Positions 53,713 to 64,000 of a DNA stretch of 64,000 nt are shown here, in pieces. Position numbers and translations under genes: made by a program. The stretch comes from Ginglymostoma cirratum. Its lineage: Eukaryota. Numbering within the stretch: the stretch's first letter is position 1; every line of letters starts with the position of its first letter. The notes beneath the pieces were generated by a model. It was not told where the DNA came from. It saw only the letters and a list, made by a program, of their open reading frames with translations, and did not search any database. The stretch is taken from positions 5,632,752 through 5,696,751 of the forward strand of contig JAHRHZ010000145.1 of the NCBI GenBank assembly GCA_024137785.1, written 5' to 3'.

Positions 53713-56700
53713 TAACTTTGGAGGAATGTCAGGAGACTGGAAGAGATGCATACGTTGAGTGAATTTTAGAGCTCTAGTTTTGATTTTTTTCCTATTTGCC
53801 TGTAAGGAAGTTAGAATGTCACTGTCTCAAAAGGAACTGGTGGTTTTGTGACAATTACTGGGACCATGTGCTGCAGCTGCACTAATACTTTTGTACTCTG
53901 TGGTTTCGTATAACCTTTGCTAGTGTTACCTCACATATTTTCAACAGCACAGAGATTTCACGTAGTCAAGATTTGTTTCACTAAAATTTCAGCAAAATGC
54001 AATGGTCAAACTTACAACTAAATGATTAATTCAAAACTGCACTGAGATTCTTGCAAGACACTTGATTAAGGGCAATGAAGAGTGGCAATAAATGCTAACC
54101 TTGCCATTGGCACCCAGTGACGTCTCCTGAATTGAAACAAGCTGAGGTTTTGTTCTCAAATCACTGGTGAGGTTTGAACTCACTGCCACTTGATTCAGAA
54201 GTGAGGATGCTACCACTGAACCATGGCTGACACACACAGTTTGCAGCAGAATGGTTTAGTGCTGTCGTCAGGGATGTTCTTGGTAGTACTGTTAAAAGTT
54301 TATTTGCATCGATGTCACAAGTTTATCAATCTGATTTTGTTCTTGAATAAACAGCAGTGACAACACTGGGAGACTAACTTGTTAAAACTGCCAAGTTCAG
54401 TATGGTGGGGGCCACTTGAATTGACATCAGACAGGAAGTTGGACACTGCAGCAATCCTATCAGCTCAACTGTGTGTGTATGCGTGTGTGTCTCTGTCTGT
54501 CTCTTTGGTCACAGCGCACTCTGTAGTAGACATAAGTCAATTTTTGCAGTGATTTGATTAATATTTACTCCCTAAGGCATATTTTTAACTGTTTGTGCTT
54601 TAGCTTAACTACCAGAAGTAGTACAATCAACCACAAGCATTTGTACTTTTAATTGTTGCTAAATAATGACTTACCTTTGAAATAAAAGCCTGTGGATTCA
54701 TAGAGGAGAAACATTTCATTTGTTTTTGGAAAGGCTACCTCAATCAAATATGAATTAGACAAGTTCCTTCTTTAAAGGTGCAGTGCACAACTTTAAAAAA
54801 AATTAAAGGAAGGCTGGAGAGAGATTGTAGAGTACATAAGAGTTGACAAAGATAGAGATGGCATAATTTGTTTAAAATGTGAGGGTAGGAACTCTAAACT
54901 TGATATGATCGGGGAGACAGGAGTGATGAGTGAGCAGGACAGCGTGCCACTAATGGAGTTTGGAGTGAACTCAAGTTTACACATGCAAGTTGAGAGACCA
55001 GCTGGGAGGATTGGAGATGCCACTGTCATGAAATGATATTGTGAGCATGAGCTGGGCTCAGTAGATGTTATGGAACTGGAAGTTGGTAATTGATGTTCTA
55101 CATGGAGTTAAATGAGGGCAATTGATGATGAAGAGATGGCATTGGAGGGGAATGGTGTGATCCATCCTGTCGGAGGCCGCAGAGAGTCACTGTCTGGGTT
55201 GCTGAGAATATAATTTACCAGTTTGATAGAGGCCACTTTATTACTGAGTAGAGTAGGACGCTTTATTACATCATGGAATGTAGACTTCCTTGGCAAGGTC
55301 AACATTTATTGCCCTTCCCGAAGTGTCCTTGCAAAGAAGACAGTGCCTCTTGAGCAGTACATTTAGGAATTCATAAACTAGTCACACCTGCCCCGGAGAT
55401 GGGTTGTAACATTATTAAAAATAATTGTGACTACATATTGAGTCCAACTTCATTTGTTAGTTGAGCAGATGTTTGTTTGTAACCTGTAACTGAACAAATT
55501 GTTCTAAATGTGTGTAAACATTGGCTTCAGTTATAGCTTTCACTTCCTGACCTTGTGGGATAAAACAGACAATATTTCATTAAATAGGCAGGTGAATTGC
55601 ATGATTGACTGTTTATATTGGTACATATCTTCTATGGGCTTCTGTTATTAACTGATTCTAGTCGGCCAAGATCAAGGTTTCTGCTCCTGATCGCTATTTG
55701 TTCATACTTGCTGGAAAGTTGGTGCGTGGCAAGTACAAGATTGGGTTGGCATCTAGTGATGAAAATAATGGGAAAGAAATAGAAAACAGGAAGGAGATCT
55801 TTTCTGGGTCATATACAACACAAAAAAATGGGAATTTCCTCCACCCCAGTAGATGCTTGTTCTCATAAGCTAATTCATCTGTTTTATCAAAATGTTTTCC
55901 TCTTAATTTTCGTGAGGTGTTGGCCACAGTTTGTGTAACACCCCATGCCAAGTAAGTGCTGCAATCAGTAGTGCTGTCTTTCAGATGAAAAGACAAACTG
56001 AGGCTTTGTCTGACCCCTCAGGTGTAGATAAAAGATCACATGGCATTTCACAGGAAGTGGAGTAGGGTACCTAACCCTGCTTTGTTCAAGCTAATGGTAT
56101 TTTCGGCCAGTGTCACTAAAGTATGTGATCTGGTCTTTATATTTCTGTTTGCACTGTGTTACGTATAAATAGGCTGCTGTATTGTCTTCTTTGCAACAGG
56201 GACGACACTTAAAGTACTTCCATTGCCTGAAAAGTACAGAGAGATGTACTGAGGTTGAGAACTGATATATAAATGTCAGCTTTTTCATTCTTGTCCTGTG
56301 ACTGTCATCATTTTGCTTTGGATCACCGCAGGATAAGGAAGCTAGTGGTATTGCGCTTGTACCGGGCAAATTCACAGAATTCCACTATCTTATGTGCGTT
56401 AAATTGTTGAATATCGAGCCCAGAGAGTTAAGGTACATTAACTTATTGAATACTGAGCCCAGAGTAGCTTCTGCAGAAGCTTGGTGCTGGATTGCAGCAT
56501 TAACTGTTTTTAATCTCCACAGATGCTGCCAAATGTGTTGTGTTCTTCCAGCATTTTGTGTTTGTTTCAGATTTCCAGCATCTGCAGTACTTTGCTTTTA
56601 CCCGTGTGTAACCACTGCAACTTGACCTCAAATGATACCACATCTTTGAATAGATTTCTGTATCTGAGATTGAATCGGCATCTTGTCGTCGTGAAGTACT

Positions 56701-59700
56701 ATTAAGTGGCAGCTTGTAAAACAAATCTTAAATTAAGTTTTTGTATCTTATTTGATTATATATTGAACTTTCTCCTGCAACTGTTAAATATGTGCACATA
56801 TTGAATGGCTGTTATGATGGAGCGACTCCAGTATAATGGCTGCTTTATTCCTTGCAATAGCACAATTAACATCTTTAAGGCACCTAAGTGGAATTACTAA
56901 GCTTTGAGCAAAATTACCACAAGCAACTTGGTATCACATTCCCAAAACAACCTTATTAGAAGTTCAAATCTTTCTTTGGAGCGGCTTAACTAGTCTCTTC
57001 TGAAAAGAGGAACTACGGTATGTGGAATGGTACTACTGAGAGTTTTTGGCCCCCTGATGCCCCAGGTAACTTAGTTGTCCATAAGGATTTCAGTAAGGTC
57101 CAGTGCACACATGAACACCTTGTGCTACATTTGCTTGAACTTGGAAAAATGGCTTGCACACCTTCAGTGCAAGAGTCAAGTTTTGATGGTTAAGGAATTC
57201 AGTGATGGCCGTTAATGTGCAAACAGCTGTAATGATGTCCTAAGAGGATAACACACAATTTTTGTACAGAATGGAAGTATTTGGAAAGAATAACGTGTAT
57301 TTATTCAGCCCATAGCACAATTTCAGGATATCTCCAAAGCTTAACAGTCAATAAACAACTTTCGGAATGTTATCACTGTTGTAACTCAGCATCCAATTTG
57401 CACACAGCAAGCTCCCACAAATGGAAATGATGACAAAGGTGATCTTTTGTTGATACTGACTAAAGGATAAGTATTGACTAGAGGTCAATCAGAAGAGGCT
57501 TCTTGCTTCCGGTTTTGCCATTGGACCTTTCACATTAAAAACTGTGATTTATACGTCCACCGTTGTCTCCTGTTGCAGTGACAATGTCTGTAATTTAACA
57601 GAGGACTGATCAGACAGGAGGTGAACATGCAAAACCAGGGAGAGAGAGCTCACCGCCCGGATACGTTGCAGAGAGCAATGCCAATGGCATCATACATGGG
57701 GGAAAAAAATAGTGACTCCAGAGACTCGATCACCAAATGGCTGTGTTGTGTTGTGTTGTGTTGTGTTTCCAGTGATGACTAAATACAAACATGTAACATG
57801 TGTATGTTCATCTGCCCAGAATGTGCAGGCTTCTCTGCACATGAGAAGTATATGATGTATAAATTATATATTTTTAAAAAGGTATGATGTATCTATTTGT
57901 ATGCAATGGGATTTAATGAACCTACTTTGTGAATAGCATTTGTTGTGCATGGCACACTGAATGTAGAATTTTGTATCCCATTATGGCGAATATGTTTTTT
58001 GCCAGGAATTGTGACGCAGGTTGAGCAGTATGAGAATTTGAGCCCTTCTAGCCTTGGACACATTGTCAGTAGACCTATCAAAGAGGTTTCAACTCAGATA
58101 AAAGTTAACTTTTCATGTTTTCAAGTTGCAGAACAGAAACGTAGGAAAGAGGTATTCCCCTCTTTTGCCAGCATCCTGGCTGGGTAGTGCATTTGGTATT
58201 TGTAGTTGGAGGGGATAAAAGAGATAGTAGAGGCAGTACCTTTTCAAAGGGACTTTAAATATAGTTGAACTCTGGCACAATCCAGAGAGGATGCTCCCAA
58301 TCTAATACAAAATTAAGTACGCTATTATCCAGACCTTCAACCATTAGTGGCTGTATTGAGTCAAAGGTGTTTTCTAAAATTGGTACATGTCCTAAAATAA
58401 CCTTGCTGTGATTAGGTAACAATTTATTAATGTGTTGGGTGGCACTGTTTGTAGTTCACAAACAACACATTGAAGGTGATAACTTAGTCAAAACTGTTCG
58501 TATTGGAAAGTTGAAATGCTGTATCAGTAAAATTTGTGTAATCCACTATCCTCTTGTGCTCAAATAAAACGTGCATTTATATTGTGCCTTACTCACCAAA
58601 ATATCTCCAAGTGCTGACTGCAGTGAACTGCTTTTTGAAACATGACTGTATATAAATATTGTCTGACATGAATGAAGAAATACCTGGTGAGCAACCCCCC
58701 CCCACCTTCACCCCACTCCACGTGGGACAGTGCTTGAGGTGCTTAACTGAGTCATATTGATGAAAGTAGCTGAGGTAGGCAACTTCATATGTGTACACAA
58801 GCTGAGTACAGCATGCTTTTGAAAGGTAAAGACTCATGTCCGTGTCACTTCAGTAAAGTCGAACAGGCTTTTAAACTATAACAAACTGTCAAACGTGACC
58901 TGAGATTAAGGCAAGTTGTCAAATGTGTAGCGCTTCAGAATTGTTGTGAGACATCATGAAACTGCAAACACTAAAATAAGAATGAAGCCTCCTCAGTCCT
59001 ACCTTCCCTATTCTCAATACTTCGATTAACGTTTTTTAATATGTTGGATTCTTGAACCATAGAGTTTCACGGTGAAACTAATGTTAATCCTGCATTGAAC
59101 TGAGAGCACCTGACCAATCTTGTGGATAACTGTTTCTCCCCATGTTATTCGGAATATTCTGGCCTCTAATCTCAGCCAGGATAGCTGGTGAGAGTCCAGA
59201 CCAACTCCACTTTTAGCTTGTTAAGAAGGAGGGTGCTTAATATTCTCAAATCTTTGGTATCACCAAGACAGCACAAAGCACTTTAGAGCCAATGAAGTAT
59301 TTTTGAAGTGTAGTTACTCTGTAATGTAAGGAACATGGTTTGTGTGCAGTCAAGTCCCACAAGTGATAAATGACCAAATGATTGTAATAGTTGGGAGGCA
59401 AGTATAGGCTGAAATCGTGCCATGATATGATTTAGATCTATTTCAGAGGGCAAGTGGGACCTTGGTTTAATAGCTCAAATAACATGTTACCTCTGACATT
59501 GCAGCATTCACTTGCTAATGAAACTGCCTGGATTTTGTGCTCGAGTCCCAAACATGCTCACTCAGATGACCGTGTTACTAGCTGAGGATGGCTGTAGTCT
59601 GTAGTTGGGTAACAAAGAAGAAATAGGAATGCCTGGGTTTTCCTGCTTTTGGTCACTGTCCTGTGAGATCTACTCAGAGCTGCGTCTGTTCAGATGTCAG

Positions 59701-59957
59701 GTGAGGACAGGGTGAAGCATACTGTAGTTCCTGTGTTAGTGGGTGAGTCTATAAAAAGTTAGTGTTCCAAGTATATCAAAGGTGAGCAGCTTGGATCGGC
59801 TGATAAAGGGCTGTAGATGTCCATGGAGGTGCATCTTAGGGAGAAGACATTGGGGGGTGTGCATCATTTTCCCCCTCCGATTGATGCAGTGTTATTGCCC
59901 GGACTACACTTCTGTTAATCGCAGCATGCATCTGACACTCTGCCCTTTTGTCTATAG

Positions 59958-59986
59958 CTGATGTTCACAAGGAGAAGAATCACGTG
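59958..59986 (+). other. INO80D: 5' UTR portion of the INO80D first coding exon
   Basis: Acceptor ctctgcccttttgtctatag| lies 29 nt before the ATG. Confidence 0.75.
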
Positions 59987-60204
59987 ATGTATGAAGGCAA
60001 ACACATACACTTCTCAGAGGTCGATAACAAGCCATTGTGCTCCTACAGCCCCAAGCTCTGCAAACAGCGCCGACTCAACGGCTACGCATTCTGCATTCGC
60101 CACGTTCTGGAGGACAAAACTGCCCCTTTCAAGCAATGTGAATTTGTAGCCAAGTACAACAGCCAGCGGTGCACGAATCCTATCCCAAAATCTGAAGACC
60201 GAAG
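59987..60204 (+). CDS. INO80D: INO80 complex subunit D, first coding exon (N-terminal Cys/His-rich zinc-finger-like domain); gene continues beyond the window
   Basis: MYEGKHIHFSEVDNKPLCSYSPKLCKQRRLNGYAFCIRHVLEDKTAPFKQCEFVAKYNSQRCTNPIPKSEDR(R) is the recognisable INO80D N-terminus; 218 coding nt ending at AG|gcaagt. Confidence 0.93.
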
Positions 60205-61729
60205 GCAAGTCAACCTTTTGAATTGGGTAAACAGTGGGAGGCCATAATTTTAAACATTTCGGTAGTCTGGAAACTGATGATATTGAGTATAACATTGCTT
60301 TCCGACAGGACTGTAACCGTTTAAGGTGATGATTTACCACCAGCATTACGTACAAGGCAATTGCGTTTAGGCAATAAATGCTGGATCTCTCCGGTGAAGC
60401 CCGTGTACTGTGAGAAAGTAAAACAAAATCACCCACACAGTTCTATTCCTTGTTCTAGCCAGTAGAAGGTAACATTGGACAAGGTGTACAGATAACGTTC
60501 ATCATCTTAATGTGGGTTCCCCATCTGGTGAGTTGAGTTAAAATTAGTTTCTTCAGTTTCTCAGACTACATAGCGTCAATGCCATTTTAAAAAAAGGTTC
60601 AAGTGAGGTAGATAGAATCTGACTTTACTTACCTGCCAATGTTTGTAATTATTTCATTGGTAGTGAGGTTCTGTGGCTATGTGATCTGTTTGTAAACAAA
60701 TGATCACAAATCCCCTTTTTCCTTCTGTCACTTTTTACATGGAACTGTGCCTAACCACAAGCAGTGGCATCGTTGGTACAGTGTTTCAATTCTGAGTTGT
60801 GGGTGATGTGAGATGAGAAAAGATGGAAGTGTTTTTATTTTCCTCCTGAGCAAGGCATGAAAAGAAGATATGCTGTTGAAGCTTTTCATCTTGCATTCAA
60901 CAGGACAGAATTGCAAGATAACAAAGCTCTAAGGGGATATCACTTTGTACTGTCGAGCAAATGGACGTGTCAAGGCATTGTCTTGGAGAATGTAACAGGA
61001 AGTGACCGCCCTCTGAGCCTTTTTTGTTCAAAGTTGAAAAAGGCATAGTGCCACGCTGTGTGAGAGAACCCACATTCACATGCAGGATCTTGTCTTTTAA
61101 CCACCAGAAAGGACACGTCCATGCATTGAACCTTTTAAATGAGAGACTGGTGACTACCATTTGGTGAGCATTCCCCCGACATTGCCTTCACTAACTAGAG
61201 TCCATTTGCCAACATTCAGCGCCGCCTTATGCTGGACAAGCTGTTTAAAACAGAAACACAACAGGTCTGACAGCATCTGTGGGGAGTTACTGTTTCAAGT
61301 CTGAAATGATTTGTCTTCAGGACTACAGATTTCCAGCATCCACAGTATATTGCTGCTTTTCGAGTATAAATTTTCATTCTGTTTTTGGAGTTTGATATTC
61401 TTGTGATTGTGTCCTGATGATTGCAAGATGTAAAGCTTGGACATAGCGATTATTTTTTCACAACTTGAGTATTCCTGAACTACCAGGTGACCATATTTTC
61501 CTTCTCTTCCCAAGATCACTGTTAGTGCTGAGATAGTGTTCCACAAATATTTTAGGATGTCGCGAACTGAACTTTAGGGGTGCTATACCATGCTTCCCAT
61601 GCTTCTGGTACAGTTGGTAAACCAGCAGATGGTTCACGGTGATCTATGTGTCTGTTCTTTGCTGTAGCCATCTCTGTTTAACATCATAACCAAGATCAGT
61701 TTCACGGTCAGAGTTTAACAGTAAGGGAT

Positions 61730-62110
61730 GGCCCACTTGAGAGAGATGAGGTAAACGTTTGTCTCTGAGGGTTGAGAGTCTTTGGTATTCCTTACCTCAA
61801 AAGGCAGTGGATGCCCAATGTTGCAGACTCTAAGGTCAGAGGGCATAATCTCAGAATAAAGGTTCTCACATTTAAGATTGATGTGAGGGAATTTCTTCTC
61901 TAGGGGTTGAGAATCTCTGGAATGATTTACCCCAGAGAGCAGTTTAAGCTGGGTCATTTAAGTATATTCAAGGCTGAGAGAGATTTTTAATCTCTCAGGG
62001 AACCGAGGTTATGGGGAAAAGGCAGGAAGTACTATTGATGACTATCACATCAGCTATGATCTTATTGTGTGGGAGACTCAAAGGGCTCAGGAACCTACCC
62101 TTCATATGTT
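61730..62110 (+). mobile_element. CR1 3' fragments (two tandem pieces); another at ~62400-62760
   Basis: Repeated gatgagg..ttt.tctc..agggttgaga.tct.tgg motif and ttcaaggctgaga...ggttatgggga tail. Confidence 0.7.
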
Positions 62111-63081
62111 TGTAGGAAGATATGTGGGCAGAAACTTATAAACTTAAGCCAATGGCTGGTGCCGTCAGTATGGACAGTTCTTGGTGGTTATGGCAATTAC
62201 TTCTCCAGTGCTTCCTTGGAAAGCTGAAAGGAAGTAGTTTCCCCCCAGAGATTTTAAGTCAGTAAAGATTTGATCCAATCGAATCTCTTGGCACAGAGCC
62301 AGTTTGTACCTAATGGGGCTCTTTGACACAACTCAGCAAGTTGAACACTGATACTGATCCAGGGATCCCCCATGGCAAATTTTATCATTCTTCACATAAG
62401 TTGAGCGCATTGGGTCTCTGCTCATTGAAATTCAGAAAAGTTAAGGCTGACCTAATGGAAGAATATCATGTTCTGAGATGGGGGTGCTTGGCATGATAGC
62501 TGCTGATAGTACGTTCATGGGGGAGTCTTGACCTGGGGGCACAGTTTCAAAATAGGGAATCTCCTATTTAATACAGATGGTGCTTAACCTTGGAATTTCT
62601 CTTTCCTGAAATGGCAGAGTTTGAATTATTGAATATATCCATGGTTCAATTAAACACATCCTGGATCTAAAAGAGAGCCAAGGGTTATGGGGAGCCAGCA
62701 AGACACACAGGGGGTCTCCATGATTGAGTTGACTGCTTGAGGCAATTCCAGTATATATGTTCTTGCATTTAAACACAAGCACCATGGCCATATCTTGTTT
62801 CCTACAAGTGGAGACATATTCTGTGTTGACGTGCCAGTTCATTCTTTCACTGGTCAAATGAGACAGGCTGACCGTCTACACACTGGCTGTTGGATTGATC
62901 CAATCTATTTGACAAGTTTATTCTCACCGCCTACTTGAACTCCACCTTGGACTGCACTTCACCCTGCAGAATGAGAACTGAAAACTTGCAGTGGCAGGGA
63001 ATTGTCTATTAGGGAAAGAAGAGATGCCAAGGGCAATTCATAAGTAGTTATTGAGGGACCCCTTCCTCCTCCTCCTCCCCC

Positions 63082-63112
<31 letters not shown>

Positions 63113-64000
63113 GTTTGCATCTGTTATAAAGCCAATGTTGCCCTCTGTGTTTGGAATTCCATTTCAAGTTATGACGTAATGGTCTCCTGCAAGGCTGAAG
63201 TGATTTGAAATCTTAGAAGCATTCCTGTAATTGTTTTTTATTTGTTTGATAGCATGTAAGCTATAGCTAGTAGCAGCAGTAAAAGTTGAAAGTGAAATCC
63301 TAATATTACTGAGAAATAAAAAGCCAGTTTCTGAGGAAAATAACCATTTGCCTGGAGTAACGGCGAACTTGACAATTAGCTATTCTGAAGTAGAGATCGT
63401 GCACTGATCTCTCATTGAGCAACATGTCCATGCTTTGTGATTAACTCACTCCTGAGAGATCGCAAAACTTGGAGCAATTTATTAATCACCGTCTGTCATT
63501 TCAGTCCTCAGCAATTGGCGGAGCTGAGAGTTTTGATTGGACCATCACGTTTAATCTGTGTCTGTTCTTCACCTCGAGTCCACTGCTAGCTAATAGGGCT
63601 GGCCCTCTGCCTCTTGTGTTACCAGTACGTGAACACCATTTTAAAATTGTTCAGCTTGCAACACAATTGTCCCCGTTTTATTTTGTCCCTTTCACCTAAC
63701 CTGTTCGCGCAAATCATGTGAATATCCCAATGGTGCTTTGTTGAAAATGTTTCTTGCATTGATACCCAGATCTACACTGTACCACTCTGTCGTGCAGCTC
63801 GAGTGTCAGTGCTATTTGCATATTCATCCACCAGAATGTAATTGCATCTTTCTCCCTGCTTAACTCTTCTCAAAGTTGCAAAGCATGTAGAGAAGTCTTT
63901 CTTTCCCTCATGTTCTGGAGTTGCTTATCCAAGATTGTTCATTGTCCGTGTTACTTCTATATTACATAAGACGTTTTAAAAGGATTAATCTTTTACACCA

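Noticed and set aside
54415-54445. Enhancer-like motif pairs (TGACATCA with CAGGAAGT; also ~60995 and ~63172)
   Set aside because: Short motifs are expected by chance in 64 kb and have no independent support
59948-60247. 99-aa single-exon ORF as the full INO80D product
   Set aside because: It starts at an intronic TTG upstream of the acceptor and runs past the GC donor; the supported coding part is 59987-60204

Overview
Vertebrate nuclear DNA, most likely a shark (inferred from the CR1, Deu-SINE and Penelope repeat landscape). The + strand carries 16 consecutive coding exons of NDUFS1 (complex I 75-kDa Fe-S subunit; human-equivalent exons 4-19, 339-27296). They splice in frame to 676 aa plus stop, all introns are GT-AG, and an AATAAA lies at 27707. 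A CpG island (~37.5-39.0 kb) follows, then the first coding exon of INO80D (ATG 59987), which ends at a GC donor and is preceded by an 8-codon uORF whose stop overlaps the main ATG. The rest is repeat-rich intron and intergenic DNA: CR1, L2 and Tx1 fragments, SINEs and a decayed pogo-type transposase. There is one 400-N gap. The most notable non-genic signal is a family of short Penelope-derived insertions, several of them inverted-repeat and TSD-flanked, that carry minimal type-I hammerhead ribozyme cores with covarying stems. Penelope hammerheads are a known class, so I claim no wholly new system; the local architecture and distribution are what merit testing. Repeat boundaries are approximate and family names come from recognition, not database searches.
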